Shown: positions 47,815 through 58,487 of the stretch, piece by piece
How the letters are laid out: the number at the start of each line of letters is the position of its first letter
Position numbering within the stretch: the stretch's first letter is position 1
Assembly (NCBI RefSeq): GCF_001194135.2
Contig: NC_068990.1
Span: 31,899,228 to 31,957,714, forward strand
Direction: 5' to 3'
Origin: Octopus bimaculoides
Lineage: Eukaryota
Length of the DNA: 58,487 bases
Notes under the pieces: generated by a model
The model's input: the letters and a program-made list of their open reading frames with translations, nothing else
Database searches by the model: none
What the model was told of the DNA's origin: nothing
Position numbers and translations under genes: made by a program

Positions 47815-48538
47815 ATAATAATAATAATAATAATAATAATTTCTAGCTTTGGCACAAGACCAGTAACTTTGAGGAGACCAGGGTTAGTTGATCCTATCAA
47901 CCCCAGGGCTTGAGAAGTAATTTATTTTATCAAACCCAAAAAGATGAAAGACAAAGTTGAACCTAGCTGGATTTTAATTAAGACCATAAAGAGCTAAAAA
48001 AATTTAAAAAATGCCGTGAAACATTTTGTTTGTCATGCTAACAATTCTGCTAGCTTGCCAATTTAAAAATAATAATAATAATCCTTTCTACTAAAAGCAC
48101 AGGCCTGAAATTTGGGGAAGGAGGTAAGTTGATTACATTGATCCCAGTACTCAACAGGTACTTAATTTATCAACCCCAAATGGATGAAAGGTAAAGTTGA
48201 CCTTGGCAGAATTTGAACTCAGAACATAGCTACAGGCAAAATACGCCAAGCATTTCATCCAACGTGCTAATGATTCTGCCAGCTTGTTGCCTTAATAATA
48301 ATAATTTTAAATTTTGGTACAAGGCCAGCAATTTTTAGGAGTTTGGGGGGGTGGGGGTAGTCAATCACATCGACCCCAGTGCACAACTGCTATTTATTTC
48401 ATCGACCCTGAAAGGATGAAAGGCAAAATCGGTCTTGGTAGAATTTTTAACTCAGAATGTAAAGAGCTGGAAGAAATGCCACTAAGTCTTTTGTCCAACA
48501 CACTAACAGTTCTACCATCTTGCCACCAAAATAATGAC

Positions 48539-48577
<39 letters not shown>

Positions 48578-48600
48578 TTTGGCACAGGGCCAGAATAATA
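47815..48600 (-). repeat. Head-to-tail array of three SINE-B copies separated by (AAT)n
   Basis: Copies at about 47840-48060, 48085-48295, 48315-48535, start of a fourth at 48580. Confidence 0.75.
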
Positions 48601-51600
48601 ACAACTGGCAAAACTTGTAAAAATTGCATATTTTATAAATTTTCTATTTGATGCATAAACGTTATAGACCTTCATAACATTGTTTGATGGTGTTAGTTTA
48701 CAATTGTCTTGAATTCTGCTCCAGAGTTAAGGTTGTTAAAAAAAAATAATAAAAGGTAACACTCAAACACACACATAGTGATAAGAAGAATAGGACATGT
48801 TCTGTGGAGGAAAGGAATATTCAATTTTTTTTTTTGCAAATTTGCCACAAAAGCTGTTTAAAGTTTTCCTAAGAATATTGATGTTTTAGCTTCATATTTT
48901 TTGCAAGTTAAGGGATTATTTACAAATTTGAATACATATCAAGTTGTCTATTATTGTCTAATAAGTGTTGATATATTGAAAGAAGACAATTGTAATTTTT
49001 TTTATTAGATTGTTTGAATTTATAGCTAGTTTATAGATTTGATTGTTTGGCAGCTATTTGTCTCTACAATGCTTGGAATCCTCTGTGCACATCCTTCACT
49101 TGTTTATCACTGACCCTCCAACTTAAATTTCAATGTGAAAGAGTGTGAATTAAGCTTTTTATTGTTTTTGTCTTGAGGGATTTTTCTTTTTTTTTCTTTC
49201 TTTTTTTTGCATGGCTAAAGATGAAGTTTCAAATATACCTTTAAGATGAAAAAAAACAATTTTCAAAATTTTGATATTTTGTTGAATATTCCCTTCCTCC
49301 ATCAATTATGGCATATTACCATGTTACCATGAATGAATATTTCAAACATGACACACAAGATCATACATTTCTGGGGAGAGATATTTTCAATGGAATTAAA
49401 CCTAATACTTACCTAGTGCTTTATTTATATCAACCCAGATGGATAAAAGGCCAAGACAGCCTCAATGGAATTTGAACTCAGAAAGTAATGAAATACTACT
49501 AGGTATTTTGATCTCTAACACTGGCACAAAGCTACAAATTTGTTGAGAAGGGATTTAACTGATTCAATTAACTCTGGTATTATTTTATAGAGATTCTGGT
49601 GAGATTTGAACTCAGATTATAGAGGGACAAAACTTTGAAATGTAATTGCTTTATCATTTGTAATACTCCACTTCCAACTTAGCTATTAGGCCAGACTTTG
49701 ACATTCATGCATTTTCAAGGGCATTAGACTGTGTAGACTGAATTAGATTCAAAAGGAAATTATAGTCAATGATAGACTGAGCTCATTGCAATATTACTTC
49801 TTAATCTTACCAATATATATCAAAATTACAACCATTTTTAGTAATGGAATAGGTGTGATAGTTCACTTATTGCAACAGTTAATTTTGAGGCTGGACATTA
49901 CTGACCATTCAACTTTAAAGAACCTATTTTTGCCAGGTTGAAGCATACATAGTTACGCACCTTGATCAGGGGTACAATCCAAAAGACACTTGTAATAAAA
50001 TTTAAACCTGTGATAAGAAAATTGACTTCACTGTCTAATGAGATTATGAAATTTTTTTCATACATTAGCATAAGGCTATAAGTGTTCAGAAAACCTACGT
50101 ACCTTCTTGGTACTTATTTTATTGATCATTATGGATAGGAATATCAAACTCAATCTCACAGCAATCTCAGAATACAGAGACAAGTACCATAGTTTGACAC
50201 TACAGTTCTGCCTTGCCACTGTTATAACAATATAATAATAATTTCTAAGAAAGGCACAAGGCCAGAAATTTAAGGGAGTTGACTATATCAATCCCAGTAC
50301 TTGACTGGTACTTTATTTTAGCAACTCTAGACAGCTGGAAGGAAAAATTGACCTTGGCAGGAGTTGAATTCTGAAAACAAGACATTTTGTACAGTGCTCT
50401 ACCAAGTAATTCTCTCATCCATTGTCCTAATAATCATAGTAACAATTTCTAACATTAGCGCACAAGTCACAAAATTTGAGTGAAGATACAAATTTATCCC
50501 TGTAGATAATAAATGGCAATTATTTTATCAATCCCTGAGAGATAAAAGCAAACTTTGACTCCAGTGTGATTTGAACTCAGAAAGTAAAGGGGCATAACTA
50601 AATACCACAAGGAAATTTCTCCTGCACTCCACCAATTCTATCAAGAATAGTAATAATAATTTTAATAACAACAACAACAAGACTAAATTTAATTTTTTTT
50701 TTTTAAGCTAAGAAATTAGCAAAGCAAACAGACATAAGGTTTGACATAGATAAATTTTAGTTAGCGAAGCCACATCTTTTGGATCCCAGTTCTGTGTTAG
50801 AGTTAGGGCAACAGAAAGTAGATAAGAATATTAATAAGTCAGCAAATTGTATTAGGGCAATTGGGGGTCCTCTAAGTGTGGCCCCACCTTATTTACATAT
50901 CACATAGGGACCTTGTCAGCGGATGGCTTGGTGTCGGAAGAACTAAATACGATAATACACATTGTCATGAAAGTCAATTTATGCATATGTATGTACATAC
51001 ACATATATAATTGTAATCCATACATTCTGAAAATTAAAAATATACACATAACACACAGTGACTCACAAACATATACAAGCATATATGTGCATATATATGT
51101 GTAATGTGTGTTTTATACATATGCACATACAGTGTGTGCGTGTGTGTGTGTGAGTGAATATTATTTATAAACACATGCACATACATTTATACAGAAACAG
51201 ACACAGACGTGTGTGTGGGTGAGTGGTAAGATTTTGAGTTTAAATGGATGGAAACTCAAACACAATCACAAAGCAAATATCCAAATACTTGTCTTTTGAT
51301 TATGATCCCGGATAAACATAGCCAAGTAGATAGTTATCAATTCAAACACACCCAATCACATTCACACACAGTACAATGTTGGTACAGAAAAATAAAATGA
51401 AATCCCAACACATTCACAATACATTTAAAAAAGAACAGTACAATTTCTTATTGGTACAATCTATGGACACAGCACCAGTTAAATGACCTTAATTCAACAT
51501 ATTACTGGCTTAAATGAACGCACATATACACACACTCACACATACATGCGCACACATATTTTGCATTCATATATATATATATATATAAGAAAAAAGGTAA

Positions 51601-51632
51601 GTTGCCCTTAATACTATATTTGTGGAATTGTC

Positions 51633-51638
51633 TTTATT
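51633..51638 (-). promoter_or_regulatory. Candidate RAB18 polyadenylation signal
   Basis: AATAAA on - strand about 120 nt downstream of the stop; AT-rich context makes chance occurrence likely. Confidence 0.3.
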
Positions 51639-51756
51639 TACAAGATTTTTAGGCAAAGAAAACATACACATCCACACACACACATGTCAACATGTTAAGA
51701 TATACAGTGTTGCACACATTCATACATACAAATACACATTCACACATGCCTAATAT

Positions 51757-51864
51757 CTATATTACACAATATCCACTACAAGCTGAGTAAGATCCTTCTG
51801 TGGCACCATTTGTAAGCCTCAGTCCTTGTCTATCAGTTTCCCAGAGTCCTGGTGTCTGAATGAT
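51757..51864 (-). CDS. RAB18: Rab-18 last coding exon
   Basis: cttcttccag|IIQTPGLWETDRQGLRLTNGATEGSYSACSGYCVI* ; IIQTPGLWE is characteristic of Rab18. Confidence 0.95.
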   Translation of the reverse strand: MIQTPGLWETDRQGLRLTNGATEGSYSACSGYCVI

Positions 51865-52039
51865 CTGGAAGAAGAAAATAATATACTTGATGATGATGAT
51901 ATATATGATGATGATGATATACATATCGAAATCGAGTTAAAGTCGACGACTGGCACCCATGCCAACATCGTCTCCTTCATTGGGACACAAAACTCAGCTT
52001 GCGAAGACTTATTGGGGCAAGCGAATAGCAAAACCGGGA

Positions 52040-52550
52040 TAGCACCTGTGCCCAGCGTCGCCTTTCTGGCACTTGTGCCCGTGACATGTGTAAGGATTTT
52101 CGAGCGAGATCGTTGCCAGTGCCCCTGGACTGGCTCTTGTGTGGGTGGCACATAAAATACACCATTTTGAGCGTGGTCGTTGCCAGTACCGCCTGACTGG
52201 CGTTCGTGCGGGTGACACGTAAAAGCACCCACTACACTCTCTGAGNNNNNNNNNNTTTTCGAGCGAGATCGTTGCCAGTGCCCCTGGACTGGCTCTTGTG
52301 TGGGTGGCACATAAAATACACCATTTTGAGCGTGGTCGTTGCCAGTACCGCCTGACTGGCGTTCGTGCGGGTGACACGTAAAAGCACCCACTACACTCTC
52401 TGAGTGGTTGGCATTAGGAAGGGCATCCAGCTGTAGAAACTCTGCCAAATCAGATTGGAGGCTGGTATTGCCATCCGGTTTCACCAGTCCTCAGTCAAAT
52501 CGTCCAACCCATGCTAGCATGGAAAGCGGACGTTAAACAATGATGATGAT
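52040..52550 (+). mobile_element. RTE 3'-UTR fragment in the last RAB18 intron
   Basis: Same family, (GAT)n tail at about 52540; 149 bp duplicated across the 10-N gap 52246-52255. Confidence 0.85.
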
Positions 52551-54055
52551 GAGAATGATTACGTTGAAATACAGAACAAGAAGGGTGGTTAAGTGTAATT
52601 CAATTTAGTGGCCAAGTGGTAAGAAGTTTGCTTCCCAACTACATAGTTCCAGGTTCAGTCACACTGCATGGCACCTTGGGCAAATGCTTTGTACTATAGC
52701 TCCAGGCCAACCAAAGTCTTGTGAATAGACCTGGTAGATAGAAACTAAAAGAAGCCCATCATATATTACAATCTGAACTCACAACAATAAGTTACTAGTT
52801 CTACAATACCTGTGGACAGGTAATTTACTTCCTATCTTGTGAATTTTCAATTGTTTACAGTATACGTTTGAATAGGTACAATAAGTTTGCATTTTGGGGT
52901 AAATTAGTTAAAACTTACAGGTGTAATTTCAGGCAAGCAAAAATTTGAAAACAAGAAAAGGGTTTCAGGGCTATTAAAATTAAATGCACCAAATAATGCT
53001 GAGACATAAAACCCAGTTCAAGTTTGACATCCAAGCAGAGACTGGACATAAGTGACAGGTCTTTGTAGAAGACATTACTACCTGCTTTTATATCAAGTTG
53101 ATGCAGGTAATTTATCCCGCCCCACCTCCGACTTTTAGTTCATGCAGTTGGAAAAAACCGCATCATTTATGGGATAACCCAATATATTGTGATGTTTTTA
53201 GATTCTGAGTTCAAATTCCACTGAGGTCGATTTTGCCTTTCATCCTTTCAGAGTCAATAAATTAAGTACCAGTTGCATACTAGGATTGATCTAATCAACT
53301 GGTCCCCTCCCAAAAAATTTTGGGCCTTGTGCCTAGAGTAGAAAAGAATATATTGTGAATTTTGCACATTCTCACAATTCAAAAACTAAGCAGTGTTGAT
53401 GCCATTACAATGCTGCCACTTAATGGTTTAGTGACTAAACCATTCTACTTTGCAATATCAGTTTGGACACGAGGTGGTAAGCTGGTAGACTTGTTAACAT
53501 GCTAGGCAAAATACTTCATGACATTTCATCCATCTTTAAGTTTTGAGTTTGAATTCCACTGAAGTCAAAACTTTGCCTTTCATCCTTTCAGAGTTGATAA
53601 AATAGGTACCTGTTGAGCACTGGGGTTGATGCAACTGACTGATCTCCTCTCTTGAAAGTGCTGACTATGTGCCAAAACATAAAACCAATATTAATTTGGA
53701 CAAAATTATCAATGCTTCCAGTGAAAACTAACACTTACATTGACTGATTGTTAATCACAATAATAATGCAATCTGCAATGTTTGAAGACTAATACGTCAG
53801 TGATTGTATCATTATTTGATTTATGATGTCCTGTTGATTTATTACATGATTTACATTTCTGAGGAAAATAGCCCTTTTCCTTACACTTGTGACACATAGC
53901 ATTTTCTGTAGTCACTACTCCTTACAAAGAAAAAAAGAGAAAAATTCTGGGAATCAGTTACTGAAATAGTATCCTGTTTGGTGTGTTCTTTTGTAACTGT
54001 AATAATATTTACAAAGATACAATAGTCATAAATGCTTTATTTTTTTTTTTTATAG

Positions 54056-54090
<35 letters not shown>

Positions 54091-54400
54091 CAAGCCAGAG
54101 AAAGTTAAAGTTTAACTCAAAATTCAGTTATGTTAAGCAGACAAGAGCTGAATTTTTCCAGTTGGATGCCAGTCTATTACAAGTTAACACTTCCTATATC
54201 TTGGTGGTCCAAGATATATAAGTGGTGAGGATATATTTCCAATCTAGACAATTTTGGTATCCATTTTTAGTATGATAGGGAAATCAAAGAGATAAAAAAA
54301 AGTACAGAGATGTGATATATGATATATAAAGTAACAAAATGACAGAACAACAGATTTCAATATACACACAAAAGAGATAGAGAGAGAGAGTTAGACAGAC

Positions 54401-54526
54401 CTTTTCAACAAGTTCTTCAAATGCACATTGAACACCTTCTCTTGTCTTTGCACTTGCTTCAATAAACAGCATGTGGTGTTTGCGGGCAAACTTTAAACCT
54501 TCTTCTTTGCTTACTTCTCTCCTTTC
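54401..54526 (-). CDS. RAB18: Ras-related protein Rab-18, penultimate coding exon
   Basis: gtttcag|ERREVSKEEGLKFARKHHMLFIEASAKTREGVQCAFEELVEK|gt; G5 (EASAK) region closely matches the Rab18 sequence as I recall it. Confidence 0.95.
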
Positions 54527-55859
54527 CTGAAACAAATACATTAAGAAAAGTTACTACTATCAGATGATACAAAGAATAAGTTACACCCCAAGGCACAACA
54601 AATACAAAAAAATGGTGAAGGAAGAAAATAAAGAAAACAATTTATAATTGGCTAAGTTTGGAATTTGTCAAGTTGAGTGTTTGGCTTTCCCATTATGGTG
54701 AATTGTTTAAGCCTGGATAGTGGAAGTTGGTTGCCAAACTTAAGTGATATGCCTCATCATTTTAACTGACAAAGGAATACTGACTACAGCTATTTATGGG
54801 GCATTAGTCTATATTCATATACACCAAAGTACAATAGCAGACAATTTTCTAAAATTTCCATTATCATGGACAATCAAGCAGTGGAAGTACTGGCAAATTT
54901 ATAATTTTTTGATCAGCTATAAGTAGTTCAAACCTAAATCATACCCATATTCAACTGTTCCAGAGTTATCAAACTGTTACATCACAAGCAGGCAAACAGC
55001 AGCACTGACATAAAAATATAGTGCAAATAGAGGATAAAGAAGAACTTCTAGGTAGTGATGGAGAAAGTAGAAAGCTAGAGATAAACAAAAGTAGTTATAT
55101 ATTAGACTATAAAAAGTTAAGTCGCACAGGGAAAAATGACACATTATAAAGATACATGAAAAATGCTGTATTAATTACACACACATCCAAAACATGCCAT
55201 CATGGAAAAAAAGAAACATTAAACTAACAAAGGTGATAAAAACCAGCCAACGAATGAGATTCCTACAAATAAATGTTGTTGTCAAAAGACATCACACACA
55301 GACAAATCAGTGTGTGTGTGTGTTATATTGTTAACATGATTTTAAAAATGTCAAATGACCACTTGGTCTTTTTGGTTACACACACACACACAAATCAGCA
55401 TATCTACAATCACGTGCAAGTAAACGATAAGTGATGAGAAAGGTTGAAACTTCACACATCCAGCAGGTGACATCTGAAAATGTGGAGAACGTGAAGATAG
55501 AAGATGGTATTTTCACTGATATGTTAAAAATCAAATGCGTTTGACAAATTAACAAATTAAAGAATGTGTCACAAAGTAACCAATACTTGTATGTAACTAA
55601 TACAGCCATGTGTCACAGAAAACAGAACTTTTAGGTAAGTACACAACAACTAACACCAATAAAACTAACACAGCCATATCATTTAGAAATTATTTGACAA
55701 TGTTATATTTCCAATCAATGAAAATATAATACACTTGAAAGATTTCAATAATGTCTTTTGGTTGTTATTTGTTATTCTTTTTTTTTTTTTGTTACTTCTT
55801 TTTCCAAGCATACAGCTCTTCCCCTCCTCTCAATTCTCAAACTATTAATTGGCTCAGTG

Positions 55860-56460
55860 GAAAGATGAGGCTTATTCCAGTTTCAACTTCAGCAGGTATC
55901 TTAACATCTGCAAGAGACTGGCAGCTACTGGTGGATCTTGAGCGTCAGCTGAAGTTCCCTGGCCACATTGCAGTCACCACCCTGCAACCAGACATTGTCC
56001 TCATGTTTGAGCCCACCAAACAAGTGGTGCTACTGGAGCTTACTGTCCCGTTGGAAGAAGCTTTTGAAAGAAAGCTCTCCAAGCACACGGGTCTGGTGAG
56101 TGACTACCAGCAGGCTGGCTGGAGAGCAAGGTGTCTCCCAGGAGAGGTTAGATGCAGGGGTTTCACAGCCTGTTCCCTGACCAGAGCCTTCAGCAGTTTG
56201 GGCATCAAGGGAGTGAGAAGGAGGAAGGCCATCCGCAGTACCACTGATGCGGCAGAGAGGTCCTCAAGATGGCTGTGGATCAAAGGAGGAGAGCCATGGG
56301 GTAGCTAGCTGGTCATCTGGACTGAAGTTGGGGTTTGATCAGTCCCAGCTGGGTTACCTGGAGGAGGGTGTATAATGTTGAAAGATCTGAAACAACCAAT
56401 GATACCAGGCACATCACTAAAGATGTATCCAGATGCATCAGTCATTGTTGTATGCACACA
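55860..56460 (+). mobile_element. HERO-like non-LTR retrotransposon 3' end (restriction-like endonuclease + 3' UTR), probably intronic to RAB18
   Basis: PDIVL..ELTVP..ERK..GW..EV.CRGF..RWLWIK PD-(D/E)xK RLE domain in ORF 55751-56308; visibly more GC-rich than flanks. Confidence 0.85.
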
Positions 56461-57748
56461 ACAATATAACTGAGGCACTTCCTTCTCCACACCATTACTG
56501 GATAAGGTATTATCTTCAAGCAAACAACCAAATGGCATTCTTTTACTTTCGTCAGATTGATTGATTATAGCTCTGCTTGGTCAGAGCTAGCAAAGAAGTA
56601 AGCCTGAATGAGCAACATGGCAACTGAAACAGACAACATCAATGAGAGCAATAGCAACAGTAAGAAGAACATTGATAGCGACAACAGATGAATATTTCTA
56701 TACAACCAATCAATTGTGGAAAGATGAGCAGCAAAAAAAAAAAGCAAAGAATATAAAAATATTTATGATAGAATAGGAAAAAAAGGGGAAAGAAGGAATG
56801 GTAAATAAGAAAAGAATGCAAATGTAGAAACAAAGAACAAAAATTGCAGGAGTTTCAGAAGGAAAATGGTGGGGATGGAGTGATTAAAAAGAAAAAAAAA
56901 ATGTAAAAAAAAGAGGAATTAGAAAGGAAGGAAAGAATCAATGTTAAAAAAGAAGAAATGAATAAAAAAGAAAGAATAAAAGAGAAGAAATAGACTGAAG
57001 GAACAAAAGATCTAGGAAAAAATGACAAATATGAGAAATTCAGGAAAACAAATGTATAAATCAACTCCAATATTATTCAGCTCCTAGAAACCAAAATTTC
57101 AAATGTTCTTCATTCGATTGATTCAGGATAAGAAACCCCCAGCCCCACAATTAATTACATAACGGAGGTTTCAGCCTCAAATTAGTTGTAAATTTTCAAG
57201 TAAAGTAAGCTCTCATTTCAATTTAAATCCCAGTTTGAAACCATTTTCACTTTGCTTATGTTTCAGAGAATTGCTTGAAATGATTAAACTTTACACCTAA
57301 CTGAAGGAGGCAACTAAGAATTCCTGTGATATAAGCTTGGTGGTTGCTGTTGTTTAGCTACAAGTCAACTCTGAAAGATCAAAAGCATTTTAACTAAGGC
57401 TATGATTATGTACCATTCCTCACTTACTTTTATTTTGCTATATAATATTTCCTTCTTTTCTTAAAAAGGTTAAGTATGATTGGAGGGAGATTTGGTTGCT
57501 ATTTCTAGCAAACTGAAAACCATGTAATTAGACAGTATGACTTAGTCAATCCATACCAGGATGGAAAGTAGACATAAAATGATGATGATGATTAAAATAC
57601 CCCATACAAAGAAAATATGTGTGCTACTGCTTTAAAGTATCTTGTGTGACAAAAATTTGTTTCTATGACTGTTATACCTGCGTGAGTATGTGTGTATGAA
57701 AAACTTCATTGTGCTTAAAATGCACTTCCAGGAAAGTATGTACAGTGT

Positions 57749-57980
57749 TATTTCTTTACTACCCACAAGGGGCTACACACAGAGGGGACAAACAAAGACA
57801 GACAAACGGATTAAGTCGATTATATCGACCCCAGTGCGTAACTGGTACTTATTTAATCGACCCCGAAAAGATGAAAGGCAAAGTCGACCTTGGCGGAATT
57901 TGAACTCAGAACGTAGCGGCAGACGAAATACCGCTAAGCATTTCGCCCGGCGTGCTAACGTTTCTGCCAGCTCGTCGCCT
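57749..57980 (-). mobile_element. SINE family B, young CpG-rich copy
   Basis: - strand ggcgagctggcagaaacgttagc..gttctgagttcaaattccgcc..tttcatc..ggtcgat; dozens of decayed copies elsewhere (e.g. 24955-25130, 25810-26000, 33250-33465, 53195-53350, 53470-53690). Confidence 0.85.
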
Positions 57981-58052
57981 TTTGTATGTACAGTGTAGTA
58001 TGTACAGTGTGTACAGTGTAGTACATGTAGTATGTACAGTGTAGTACATGAA
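57981..58052. repeat. Short minisatellite (gtatgtacagtgta-like units)
   Basis: Several tandem tatgtacagtgtag / tacatgtag units. Confidence 0.7.
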
Positions 58053-58129
58053 TGTTCATATTTTAATAATGATATTATTAGATTTATAGCAGCAGAATTA
58101 ATAAACCTCAGTGAAGTTAATGATACTCT

Positions 58130-58342
58130 CTCTCTTTACTCTTTTACTTGTTTCAGTCATTTGACTGAGCACCGCCTTTAGTCGAACAAATCGACCCCAG
58201 GACTTATTCTTTGGAAGCCTAGTACTTATTCTATCGGTCTCTTTTGCCGAACTGCTAAGTTACGGGGACGTAAACACACCACCATCGGTTGTCAAGCGAT
58301 GTTGGGGGGGACAAACACAGACACACATACATATATATATAT
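58130..58342 (-). mobile_element. SINE family C 3' half, interrupted by Helitron end
   Basis: Matches 28828-29040 up to the (TA)n tract. Confidence 0.85.
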
Positions 58343-58343
58343 A

Positions 58344-58487
58344 CTAGCAGTATAACCCGACCTTGTCCGGGTGTGACTTATTATGCCATGTACAATAAGT
58401 CTTGCTAGCTGAAAATCAACTAAAAAAGAAAGCCTTACAACGAAAAAACCCTTATGATGTAAATATGTTCATAATTCAAAAGACGAT
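58344..58487 (-). mobile_element. Helitron-type 3' terminus (element continues beyond the window)
   Basis: - strand ACCCGGACAAGGTCGGGT hairpin, short spacer, CTAG then T; sits in a (TA)n tract. Confidence 0.7.

Noticed and set aside
54527-58487. Upstream RAB18 exons (G1-G4 motifs)
   Set aside because: No NKID, DTAGQE or GKS frames found on - strand; presumed beyond the window

Overview
AT-rich, microsatellite- and SINE-dense animal genomic DNA from a gapped draft assembly; the repeat families look cephalopod (Octopus-like), which is an inference. Two intron-containing genes converge tail-to-tail. (1) On +, 20 coding exons (3202-37361; 2156 nt, about 718 aa, reading phases consistent at every junction) of an R3-subtype receptor protein tyrosine phosphatase: 2 FN3 repeats, membrane-proximal domain, one TM helix, a single intact PTP domain and a C-terminal YxN tail. 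Its 5' part is probably upstream of the window. (2) On -, the last two coding exons of RAB18 (54401-54526, 51757-51864). The ORF track misses almost all of this because the exons are short. The rest is a layered transposon landscape: three tRNA-type SINE families, RTE LINE 3' ends, and Penelope-like, Gypsy, DD37D mariner, HERO-like RLE, hAT, piggyBac-like MITE and Helitron remnants. The most striking unexplained element is a minimal type I hammerhead ribozyme with a complete catalytic core on the - strand of a phosphatase intron (about 15748-15853). All calls were made by eye; no database searches were run.
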